Positions 13,001-24,800 of a DNA stretch of 64,000 nt are shown here, in pieces. This DNA is from Paraspadella gotoi (taxonomy: Eukaryota; Animalia; Chaetognatha): assembly GCA_051294375.1 (NCBI GenBank), contig CM119267.1, positions 26,461,324-26,525,323 of the forward strand, in the 5' to 3' direction. Numbering within the stretch: the stretch's first letter is position 1; the number at the start of each line of letters is the position of its first letter. The position numbers were made by a program, and so were the translations under genes. The notes under the pieces were generated by a model. It ran no database searches, had not been told where the DNA came from, and was given only the letters and a program-made list of their open reading frames with translations.

Positions 13001-16000
13001 TTTATTTTTAAATAAAAATTATTATGAATTATGATAAAGTTTTAAAAAAGTGTACGATTATAGTAAGTTAAAAATTTAGATATGGCTTCTCATCTTGAAA
13101 TAGCCCTGAAATAGCTTTGAAATTTTCATATTACATTTGGATTCAAGTATTTTTTGTTTGAATTTCCACTTCATTATGATTTACTGCAATATGCAAATGA
13201 GATTATAGTACTCATTATAATAACCAAATTAGTATATAGAAATGCTTTAATCTAATTAACATATTGCAGTAACAAATATTCTAGAAGAAATTCATAAAAT
13301 AATCTTTGAATCAATAAAAAACATGTGAAATCAAAAGACCTTTTTAATGAGAAGCTATATCTTAATTTTAATACAAATAAAAATAAAATCTTTTACAACC
13401 TATGATTGAAAAAAATTGGAACAATTTCCAATTGTAAACAATTGTAACTTTTTTTGCTTTTCTTTTATTTTTTTAAATTATATATTTCTTCCTATTTTTG
13501 TAAGGAGCTTTGGTTTGGTTTGGCAACATGAAATTTTTATTTAATAAGAAATTAAAAGGAAGGTTGAAAGAAAAAATTGATTTTTCCTAATATCTTTTGA
13601 AGGAACAAAGATACAGGGATAGCAATAGTACCAAAATGAAGCCATAATCATTGGGCACATAAAAATTACAATATTAGAATTATTTTTGCTGAAACCTCTT
13701 TACAGGGTGAGTGTCAAACTAAGTCAAAATTATAATGAATTTTGAAACTCATGAAACCCCATAAATATAAATGAAAATTAAATTCTTTTTAGTGATTCTG
13801 AAAGGAAAAAGGCTAAATTGTACTCTAGTAAAACTTTAAAGTTTTTTGGATAAAGAAAATATAATTTTTATTTAACTTAAATATTTGCTTGACTGCAATT
13901 ACAAGCATGCTTACAAAATTCTACAAAATATTATTCACCCCATCACAGCCTAAGTATTTATCTTTCTTTTCCACCATCAAAAAGTAAACATTATTTTATG
14001 CTAGAGAACAGGGATGTCTACTGAAATTAGCCGGAAGACATTCATTTTACAATAATAAAATAGGCGAATTTTTTAATTATTTAACTTTCACAGGCTTCAC
14101 AAGACATTATACTTTCATAATATCCCAATGTTAATGTAATTCATTATGAAATTGGTACAACCAATATAAAAATTATCCATTTATTTAATAAATAAGCTAT
14201 CTTGCCCCTGACTTTGGACAGGCTTTGGTGGTTTAAGGCCTCCATCACTCTTACAAGATAATGACATAGCAGGTCCCTGCAAGCTTTTAATCAAGACTCT
14301 CTCACAGTCTTGTTTATTCACTCCCAGAGTACCTGGCTTCCCTATCAATGAAGTGGAAAATATTTCAAAGAATGTTTCAATTGTATGAAAAGACCACTCC
14401 CCTAAGTATTAGATCGGGGAATACTTATTGTACTCCGCACTAGCATCAAAATACAAGGAGCTGAATTTTATGAAATTGGTACAACCAATATAAAAATTAT
14501 CCATTCATTTAATAAATAAGCTATCTTGCCCCTGACTTTGGACAGGCTTTGGTGGTTTAAGGCCTCCATCACTCTTACAAGATAATGACATAGCAGGTCC
14601 CTGCAAGCTTTCAATCAAGACTCTCTCTATTTTTTTACCCAGAAATTATAAAATAATAAAAAGTTATGGATTCCTTTTGTTCGTTAAAGGAAAAAAATTT
14701 AACTAGCGGAATTAAAGTTTGTTAGAGGAAGTCAGAATCGGCGAAAATCTTAAAAGGCAAAAATGTTGAAAAAAGGGAGAAGAACTTTGGTTGTTTTTGA
14801 TCAATTTCTTCTAAACCCATGGGCCAATTTAGACGTAACTTATGATTTACATTATTCCAGTCATTCTCTATCCAAAAATATAAAAACATTATGAAAAAAG
14901 GTTTGGGATCGAGTTTAGGAATTTAGTTGTAAATGATTGAGGAACCACACCAATGAACAAACAAAGGGGATAATAAAGTTGACTTTGCTTAAGAGGAAGG
15001 GTCATTCAATTCACTATTCGTAAAGTTTCATGTATTACAGTTAAAACATCAAGAAATACATCTTAGTCATCAGTTATCAGCAAAAAAATTCGTATTAATA
15101 TGTTAAAATTCCGTTTTAAATAGTTTAGATTTAAAAAAGTGTCAAATTAAATCGGTAAGCATATTTTCTACAAAATCTTTTTTTGATCTGGTTGTTAAAA
15201 AATTGTAGGTAAAAAGTTACAACATGGTAAAGGGAAATTTTGAAGCGGAGAGTAAAGTAATTAGTCTTGTTACTTCCTTGGATTTCCAGTCATGAACAAA
15301 ATCTTTAGTAAAGAAATTCGAGCTACAATGAATTTGAAGAGTTGCAGCCTAAACGACTGCAAGAATTTTGAATTAAAAATTTGTTTATGAATCTTAAAAA
15401 CATTTGTAGATAACTAATAGAGAGACATTTTAAGAAAAGCATTTCAATTAGGAGGAATTTAGGGTTTTGTCTAAAATAAAACATTTTGTTTTCAAGGATC
15501 TAAGTTAAAATTTCAAGATGTCTCTATTACATTTTTTTAATTCACTAATAAACAAGTTTGAGCAAACAATGTCGGATCTGCCTACGATAATTAATCAATT
15601 TATTAATTAATTAATCGATTAATTAATTAATTAATTTTAAAATGTAATAATTAATTTTAAATTTATATTCAACTTATCATCATCGATGTCCTTAAAATTG
15701 GGTTAGGACAGTTATTAAATATGTTTTGTTTACATTTTATCAAAACAAACAAATATCTTCTATGAAAATTTGCAAATTACTTGTTTCACTATTTTTTATT
15801 TTTCTATTTTAATATTTTTATATTTTTATAAAGGATTTAGTATTTAATTTATATTATTTATTCAAATATATATTGCTTTCTTTTTTCAATTTTTTTTTTC
15901 TTTTTATCTAATAATTTAATTTGGGAAGGGGAAGTCAGTGTTGTCTTCTGGAAATAGAGGGAGCATCTCTACAACACAAGGTTAGATTACTATCTGTCCT

Positions 16001-19000
16001 AGTTTTCTAATAGATATCACACATCATTTCTGTTAGAAAGTCATTAATGAAAAATCATAATATCTAAGAGGCTGAACAGAAAGGGGTGGGAATGGATAAT
16101 TTTTTGAGGGACCAACGTTATATATGATTTTTTTACCAATAGGGATAAGACTACCATGTAGAATTGTATGTTCTGATAGGGATACATACTGGGGAAAGGT
16201 CTATAGGGGCACCTTTATGTCATGAATATAATTTTAAAATACTTTAATAAAAAATTTTATTTTTTTTTCTCTCTCACTCTCTTTCTCTTTTTACGCAATT
16301 GCGACGATCTTTATGCTTTTAAGATTTTTTTAACTTGCATCATTTTTTCACATTAATTAATTAATACATTTATTAGTAATCATTAATACTAAAGATTCAA
16401 GTAAATGTGACTTATGTTTTTTCCATCTAAACTCATTTCCACTGGCACAATTCCATTAAAACTTTATATAATTATTATATATTAATAAATATTTAAAAGC
16501 TTCAGTGCAACAACCCAGTGAACTAATTCAAAAAGTTACATTGAAAATCGATTTAATAGTAAAAGGGAAAAAAAATTTAAAGAGAACTAGAAGTTATAAA
16601 AAGTGTTCAATTTTGGCCCGCCTTACTAGATATTAGGTGGGAACAGGTTGAAAACTAGAAGTTCTCTCAAATAAATAATGGTTAAGCGACTATTAAATAA
16701 TATGAAAATGAAAATAATTTTTAAAATATTGCTTATCAATTTTTTTTATAGATTCTGATTGAGCTTTAAAAGTTAGATAAAGGTTATTAATAATACAACT
16801 TAAAATTTTTTTGTTTTATTAATGAAAAATTTAAAAAAAAAAAATTCAGCCAATAATGATGATGATGATGATTTTTTAAGGTTTCTTCTATTTTTAACCA
16901 ATTTATTGTCAAAATTTGAAAAAATTATAGTACTAACTTTCATTTAACTTTTTAAGCTCTACAAGAACCCGTTCTTAAAAAAATCAAATTTTTAAATTTT
17001 TTTTTGTCATTTGTTATATATTAATAAATATTTAAAAGGTTCAGTGCAACAACCCAATGAACTAATACAAAAAGTTATATTGAAAATCGATATAGTAGTA
17101 GAAGGAAAAAAAAAAAATTTTTGAGAGAACTAGAAGTTATAAAAAGTGTTCAATTTTGGCCCGCCTTACTAGATATATTGCATGTGATTAAACAATGTTA
17201 TTGGAATAATAATTTTATCAATTTTATGTATTTTGTAGGTATTTTAAGTATTTTTATTCAATGAGTAAAATAACAACTTTTTTATTTGCTAATTTTAATC
17301 TCGGACTCTCTCTCTCTCTCTCTCCCTCTTTCTCTCTTTGCAATTACAACGATCCTTTTGCTCATTTTTCTGCTCTCTCTCTCTCTTTCTCTCTTTGCAA
17401 TTGCGACGATCCTTATGCTCATTTTCTGCTCTCTTTCTCTCTCTATCTATCTCTCTCTCTCTCTCTCTTTGCAATTGCGACGATCCTTATGCTTTTAGGA
17501 TTTTTTTAACTTGCATCATTTTTCTGCTTGCATCATTTTTTCAACTTGCATAATTTTTTTCATTTTCAACTCATTTCCACTCGTACGTTTCCACCGAAAC
17601 TTTATATCAAGCATCGTTACACATTTTTCTTCCCACACAAAAAATTGGAACTCAATCTATACATCCAATTATGATTAATTAGAGTACTTATTAGTTAAAA
17701 TAATAAAAATATTTTAGTAAATGCGACTTATGTTTTTTCCACTTAAACTCATTTCACTCACACAATTCCGTCGAAACTTTATATCCAGCTTTATCACACA
17801 CTTTCCTACCCACACACAAAATTTCATTCCAATCCAACCAGCCAATCACGAGTTATTGGAGCTTTTGCTAAGGTGGGAGGGGATGGACGGATTGATTGAC
17901 TGATTAATTAATTATTGATTAATTAATTGACTAATTGATTAATTAACTGATTAATTATTTGTTTTATTAATACATCCAGCATATACATTTAATATAAAAG
18001 GAAAAAGAATCATAATCAATTAGTGAAACAGGTTTTTTGTTTTTTTCCATTTAAACTCATTTCCACTCAAAAGATTCCATCGAAACTTGGTTTCCTGTTC
18101 AATCACACACTTTTCTACTCACATACAAAATTCCAGGTATCGATAATTAAGTGGTTATAAGCTAACTTGGTCAACTTGCATAATTTAATCAACTTGCATA
18201 ATTTGGTCAACTGACATAATTGGTTAACTGACATAATTTGGTCTACTGACATAATTTAGTCAACTGACATAATTTGGTCAACATACATAATTTGATCAAT
18301 TAGATAATTTGGTCAACCGGCATAATTTGGTCAACTGGCATAATTTTATAACTGGCCTAATTTGGTCAACTGGCATAATTTGGTCAACAGGCATAATTTG
18401 GTCAACTTGCAGAACTTGATCAACTTGCAGAATTTTGTCAACTGGCAGAATTTGGTCAACTGGCATAATTTGGTACTTTAAGAATTTGTCAACTGGCATA
18501 TTTTGTCAATTGGCATAATTTGGTCAATCAATCAATCATCAATCAAATCAATCAATCAGAGAGAGATAGAGAAACTTTAAAAAATTCAAATAAATGTGTC
18601 TTTTGTTTTTTAATTGAACTCTTTTCCACTCTACGATTCCATCAAAAAATATTATCCAGCTTTATCACATACTTCCTACCCACACACAAAATTCAATTTC
18701 GATTTATCTATCCAATTTTTAATAAACATAATAATTATGAGTAAATTTAAGTAAAAATACTTCAAGTAAATATGACTTTTGTTTTTTTCCATTTTAACTC
18801 ATTTCCACTCGCACGATTCCATCGAAACTTTAATCCAGCTCAATCACACACTTTCCTACATCATACAAAATTTCAAGTCAATTGCCCTTTCCACTGATGA
18901 GCAATTGGCGTTCAAATAGTGAAATATATTTTTTTGTTTATCCATTTAAACCAATTTCCACTTGCACGATTCCCTCGAAACTTCATATCCATCTCAATCA

Positions 19001-21556
19001 CACAGTTTCCTACCCACACACAAAATTTCATACCAATCCATCCATCCAATCACGAGTAATTGGAGTTTTTTGCTAAGGTGGGACGGACGGACGGACGGAC
19101 GGACGGACGGACGGACATCGTTTTTTTTGCATAATTAATCATAATTCGATGTTCTGACATGATATAAGTGTGTGCCCGACAATATTGAGGGGGCGGACCG
19201 ACGGACCGAAAAAAGTGAGTATAGAGTCGGATCTGCTGATAAGCAGATCCGACTAAAAATTAACAAAAATATCAGTAGGATTGGTTTTTTTGTTTGACCT
19301 GCAACTCTTCAAATGGGTTTCTTTTATTTTATATTATAATTCAAACCGATATAAAATGTTTAAAGTGAATACATTTTCGGAATCGCCAGAAGCTCAACTT
19401 TCTGAATCTGGACTTTATTTTGCCCAATTTAAAGTTGATTTGAATGACCCTTTGTCTTAAGCAAATTTGACTAAAAAGTTTTTCTTACCCATTCTCATTA
19501 AGAATAATGGTTTTGCATAGAAAATCAAAATATTAAAAAAATAAAAATATCAGACTAGCAGAATCGAAAGGCTAGAGGCTGATTTTTTTAGAATTGCCAA
19601 ATTTTTTTCTTAACTCAAAATCCATTATTCTCAAGTTTTAAAATGTTTTTCTCCAAAATCATTCAATTGAAGAGACAGTAATTATTATTATGTGTTAGTG
19701 ACAGAACCGATCAATATAAGCAGTCCATGAGCTTCGGAACAGGCTGTAACACCATGTTACAGGCGGGTTAAGCGCCCCGTCCCTTTTAACTGCAAGGCAG
19801 CCACCGGGCTAGAACCCCGGACCTTTGGGTTGGGAGGCGAATGACTTGACTGCGGTACCAATGGCCGCTGATGAACGGTTGGTGGATTTTAGTCCACCAT
19901 ACAAACAATTATTTTTTATTAATTTAAAATGTTTTTTATAATGTTTTTGTTTGAAAGAATTGGAAAAAAGGGAAAAATATAGTAATTATATAAGATTTTT
20001 GAAAATATTGACTAATTACAAACTAATGATTCATGTAAATGGAGGAAACGAAGGGTAAAAAATATTCATCTTGGTATCGGTTAACTATTAAGTTTTAATA
20101 ATATCAATACTCCTTTTGCATTTATAAAAGCAATAGTCTAAAATTTTGTAAGTGTTTCGAGCTATATTGCTTCATCTTTTTTCCCATTTTTGATCAAGTT
20201 AGCTTTTTTGTTGATGGTCAAAGGTTATGGTCAGATACAGTATTGTCCAGTAGTGCACATCGCACATATTAGCAAAAGTAACAACCAATTAATTTGGCTC
20301 AGAAACAACTTTAAATGGACAAAATCAACAGGAGACCGTTTCGCCAAGTTATTTTTCATTGTATCATATATACATTATACATGGTGACAATTTTACAAGC
20401 GCCGGTAAAAAAACGCTGTGGTTACTGGTTACGCTGTCAGTTGCAAACCAGTGGTTATTGATCAGTTAAGATTTGCCTTGACAATGAGTGGAGAAAGTTG
20501 GCTTGTAAAATCGGGTTTCATTTTCCAACACTTTTTCAATTTTTTTCTCTTACTTTCAGTAAGTTTTCTAAAGAAATTTGAAATAAAATAATATTAATAT
20601 TATCTTCTGAAAGCCCTTTCAAATCTAAAGAGAATGACATACTTACAAATACTGTAGTATAAAATTTAACCGGCCCAGCTTTAATTTAATTAGGATACTC
20701 AAAAACAAGACATCTTTCCAAAAATCAATATCTGGAGGGTAAATTTAAGATTTTTATTAAATTTTGATTGGCTATCTTAAATCTCTTTTTTTCAGGCTCT
20801 TTCATGATACTTATATAAATAATAATATTTTATGTTATAATAATTTAAACAAGTCATATATTTTAAAAAAACATTTAAAATTTTAGATAATTCACTTTTG
20901 ACTCTCTTAATTGAACCAAGGCTGGGCTGCTTAATTTTTTTGTTAGAGCTTTCGTAAGTATATCATTCTCTTCATTTTTTAATGGCTTTCTGAGGATATT
21001 AATGTTATTAATATCTTAATAAATACTTTGTTTTAAAAAGTGCTAAAAGTTGAAAAAAAAAAATTGAATTCAAAAATAGTGAGTTGGAAAATGAAACCCG
21101 ATTTTACAAGCCAACTTTCTCCACTCAATGCCAAGGCATATCTTAACTGATCAATACAAAATTTGAACACATAAATGACTAATAGTTTCTACTCAACTAA
21201 TTTTTAAAATCAATGAAATAATCACTGGTTTGCAAATGACAGCGTTTTTTTACCGGCGCTTGTAACATTGAAATTATTCCGCTTAATTTTAGTTTGTCTG
21301 GACAATATTTTTACTGCAGTTTGGCGCATTTTTCATAACTAAAAAGGCTGATTTATGAAGGTAGTAATTCCGATTCATCCTCCTTTCTAACCTTTGCCCA
21401 TCTGTCCGACTGCGACAATGCTCCGTAATTATTGATGCAGGTGCCAAGCGCGGGACGACGGGCAGCGTTAACCACCTTTAATCCGCTCTTTCCCTCGACG
21501 ACATCGGCTGTGATCTCCTGGTTCATGTTGCGCAAGGAAAGGATAGCGTCCGCCAT
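421..21556 (-). CDS. CCNA: Cyclin A-like gene, N-terminal exons: 21392-21556, ~10900-11432 (3' end/frame unresolved), 421-552; continues beyond the window start
   Basis: Exon 1 MADAILSL...RRPALGTCIN carries a D-box (RxxLxxxxN) and ends AAG|GTTAGA. Exon 421-552 (tatag|...GAG|GT) reads ESPMTMDSS...PDYGNDIYEYLIE, resembling cyclin A ESPxTMDxS...PDYxxDIxxYLxE. The cyclin box itself is not in the window. Confidence 0.75.
1532..2804. mobile_element. Tc1/mariner-type MITE with ~200-bp imperfect TIRs
   Basis: TA|cagaaggcttcatattataaaatg...cattttataatatgaagccttctg|TA; the empty site aaacaaatatcctctatt is seen intact at ~58253-58270. Confidence 0.88.
2913..4319 (+). mobile_element. DINE-1/HINE-like element
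   Basis: Starts tt|agtcggatctgcttatcagcagatcccgac, carries (GTCC/GTCT)n, ends in stem-loop gtttgctcaaac plus ttgttt. Confidence 0.75.
4320..7156 (-). mobile_element. DINE-1/HINE-like long composite copy, 3' end missing
   Basis: Colinear with 16350-19254; 5' palindrome at 7127-7155. Confidence 0.7.
6150..6465. repeat. 18-bp minisatellite (tttggtcaactggcataa)n inside HINE
   Basis: Tandem units; also at 18165-18527 and 31846-32068. Confidence 0.92.
8181..8600. repeat. Dispersed repeat ending in telomere-like (ttaggggtaag) array
   Basis: Near-identical second copy at 31483-31845, both starting cggcattcctggagatcaatgcc. Confidence 0.75.
8790..9140. repeat. Purine-rich 18-bp minisatellite (aaagaaagaatagaaagg)n
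   Basis: Tandem units visible directly. Confidence 0.9.
11824..12859 (+). mobile_element. Severely 5'-truncated Penelope-like element with inverted pseudo-LTR (foldback)
   Basis: Arms ~11858-12290 and ~12455-12859 are inverted copies; centre matches the PLE 3' region at 38870-38990; flanked by direct repeat aaaatatattct (11812-11823, 12860-12871). Confidence 0.85.
11918..11958 (-). ncRNA. Minimal hammerhead ribozyme (PLE pseudo-LTR)
   Basis: CUGAUGA, stem II gactc/gagtc, GAAA, palindromic acatgt stem III, GUC site. Confidence 0.8.
14146..14626. repeat. ~157-bp direct repeat pair (14146-14302, 14470-14626)
   Basis: Near-identical direct copies separated by ~165 bp. Confidence 0.85.
15550..19254 (-). 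mobile_element. DINE-1/HINE-like element with both termini (~3.7 kb)
   Basis: SubTIR gtcggatctgc near 15571 and its complement at 19243-19253; terminal hairpin and aaacaag end; microsatellite and minisatellite cargo. Confidence 0.75.
19712..19868 (-). mobile_element. tRNA-derived SINE (Gly-CCC-like head)
   Basis: Acceptor stem GCGGCCA/TGGCTGC, B-box-like GGTTCTAGCCC, defective D/anticodon arms; 3' body recurs at ~34047-34100. Confidence 0.65.
20396..21262. mobile_element. MITE with long TIRs and TA target duplication
   Basis: TA|caagcgccggtaaaaaaacgctg...cagcgtttttttaccggcgcttg|TA; inner inverted blocks 20458-20530 and 21083-21154. Confidence 0.85.
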
Positions 21557-21825
21557 ATAGCCAGAGTCTATAACTTAGCTTAAAGCAGTTTTTTTCTAAG
21601 AATTTATTTCTTATTTTCTTTCAAATTTGTAATTGAAACTGAAGTTAATTATCAGACTAATGATGTTTTTTAAAAATAAAATTTATCAACAAAAATATCA
21701 ATCGGACTGCTACAAAATTAAATTATTTGGGTAAAAAGGAATTACAAGACTTAAATGGATCTCAATAGTTTTTATCATTTAATTCACTTAAAAAGCGAAA
21801 ATATTTGTTTTCTTGGTCACGTTTT

Positions 21826-24800
21826 TTATTTGTTGGAGATATCGCTTTTTTTGACGAGATTCAACGGAGACGCTTGATACTGAAAATATAGTAGATGGCG
21901 TTAGCTCATCACTGATTAGTCCTTACGGAATGACAATTTTTGCACTCAACCGTCCGCGGGCCATCCTGGTCACTGCTTCCTTGAATCACAGCGGAAGTGA
22001 TAACCGTTTTCCTAAATCAATTATTAGCATTTATAGAATTAAAGCTTTCTCGAAACAAAGAAGAAAATTAATTAATACCTTTGAACTAGGGAAGGTTGGG
22101 CCATGGAAACTCGGTCGAGATATAAATGACTTTTCTCAAACGCGTTGGTGCGATTCGCCGTTGGTTGACCTCGGGTTTCTGCCGGCGACTGTCGACCCCA
22201 AAATTGACACCAAATCAGAATCGATGGATCACTCACTCACTCACTTCACTCAAGAAAACCTACCAGAAGGGAGGTTCGTTGAACAGGCGACGGGCCGCGC
22301 TGTGGCATGGGCACTTGCCGTTGCTGGTAAGTCGACGCAGCTGAAGATGAAGCCGAAGAAGCGGCGGCAGCAGCAGCAGAATGAAAATTTCGTCCGAGGC
22401 GGAGATTCGAAGAAGTGAGATCAAAAGAGGAAGATGAATTTTCGCCGGACACCTTGTAAAAATAAACAAGTTTGAGCAAACAATGTCGGATCTGCCCACT
22501 ATCTGCCCATTATCGGTAATTAATTAATTAATTAATTAATAATTAATTTAGGTTAATTAATAATTAATTTATTTAAGTTAATTAATAATTAATTTATTCA
22601 AGTTAATTATTTAATTAATTAGGCAATTAATTTATTAGTTTGATCCGAAATGTTTGTTTTGATTGATTGACTGATTAACTAATTATTGATTAATTAATTG
22701 ACTAACTGATTAATTATTTGATTAATTAATACATTATGCATTTACATTTAAAGAAAAAGATGCATAATCAATTAGTGAAACAGGTTTTTTGTTTTTTCCA
22801 TTTTATTTCCAGTTTAATCACATACTTTTCTACCCAAATTGAAAATTTCAAGTCAATCGCCCCATTCACTCATGAGCAATTGGTGTTCAAATAGTGAAAT
22901 ATATTTTTTAGTTTTTTTCATTTAAACTCATTTCCACTCGGACGATTCTATCGAAACTTCATATACAGTTCATTCACACACTTCCCTACACATTCCAATC
23001 CATCCATCCAATCACGAGTAATTGGTGTTTTTTCTAAGGTGGGACGGACGGACGGACGGACGAACGGACGGACGGACGGACGGACAAACGGACATCGGTT
23101 TTTTTTGCATAATTTTTCATAATTCGATGTTCTGACATGATATAAGTAAATGCCCGACAAGATTGAGGGGGCGGACCGACGGACCGACAAAGTGAATTAT
23201 AGAGTCGGGATCTGCTGAAAGCAGATCCGACTAAAAAAAATTTAGTAAGATCAACGGTTTGAAAACAAGCAACTTATTTAATGAATAACTAAAAATAAAT
23301 GTTGAGGAATCAGTCACCTGTTGCAAAATAGTTGGTCGTTTGACCGACGAAGGAGGAGCAAGAAAAGCAGATGAGCTCGGCGTCGGAAGAGACGGAGATG
23401 TCGCCGTCGTCATCTGCGGAGATGAGAAAGTAAAAAAATAAGTTTGAGCAAACATTGTCGGATCATTTTTTTAACCCACATCATTTTTTCAAGCCGCATC
23501 ATTCTCGATACGAAACCCCCCCCCACATTAGCCTTTTGTCTCTCCAAAAGGAGAAACACCGCGCTGTGACCAGACATGAAAAACACTAAACAAAAGTCAA
23601 ACGAAAAAAGTCTCCCGGCCTCAGCGCTGCCGCAGGGCCCAGTCCCGACGATGCGACGACTCTGTCGAAGTGCTGCTCCGCCGGGGGACGCGTCACCTCT
23701 GGTTAAAACTTAGCATACTGATCTGGATACAGATCTGTAATAATTTCAGACCGCTTCGCCAGTAAATAAATGATCTGGCATATAGCTAGAAATCTACTAT
23801 GAAATTAAATTCAATAGGGGCGGGGGTTCAAAACTTTAGTCTTGAAGTCTACTTTTAGGTAAAAAAAGAATTTTTTAAAAAAGTTCGATTTTAATGCTTT
23901 TATTGTTGCTATTAAAATTACAATATTACTATATAATGATAAAAAATATTTTTAATCAATCTTAACTTTTTTTGATGGATTCTGATAGAGCATAAAAAGT
24001 TAAATAAAAAAATTAACTACAAAATTGTCAAAATTAAGAAAAACTAATAAAATTATCGAAAAATGATGATGATGATGATTATAAATAGTTTTTCATATTT
24101 TTCACATACTTATGATCAAAATATCGAAAAAAGAATTATACTTTGTGTAGACAACTTTTTGCAAGCTACCTGAATCTGATCTTAAAAATCAAAAAATCCA
24201 AAAAATTTTTAGCCTTTCCTATTTATAAATAAATATTTACAAGGAAATTTGAATTGTTACAACGATTTTATTAGAGAGATAACGATAGTGGCCCACGTTA
24301 TCTAAGAGGAGCGTATGGTGGAGAGCATCACTTATTTCGTGCGCGTCAGCGTGCACATGGCTTTGCGTCGTAGATGGTGGCGAGCGGGGTTTCGGACGAC
24401 GTAGACTTAGGATTTATAGCGAGCAAGATCTTTTCTCAATTCGAGTATGCCATACGTTACTGAGGGTGGGTAATGATGGGATTGTGCCATATCACGCTTT
24501 CAGTGCAGATTTATTGTGTGTATCCTCCTCGTGCGTGGCCTATCTATCTCTCTCACCGAGTCCCGATATTCAAGTAATAATAAGAGAGATACTTAAGCTT
24601 TACTTTCTATCGAGTACGAGAGCAACTTATGGACACTCACAAGAGGGTTAGGATTTTAAATATTCGAGTCGTTCAATATAGTGCCCCTTCTATCATATGA
24701 CGTCTCTAAGGTGCCCTCTTCACGGGGCGGGAACGCTAGAGAGCGAGCTTTTTACGGAATTTGGGATTTTTTTCTTCTCCGCGCGCCCAGAAAGACCGTT

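Noticed and set aside
19797-19868. Functional tRNA-Gly gene
   Set aside because: D and anticodon stems do not pair properly, and it is attached to a repeated SINE body
21930-22418. 162-aa plus-strand ORF
   Set aside because: Antisense shadow of KANSL3 exons
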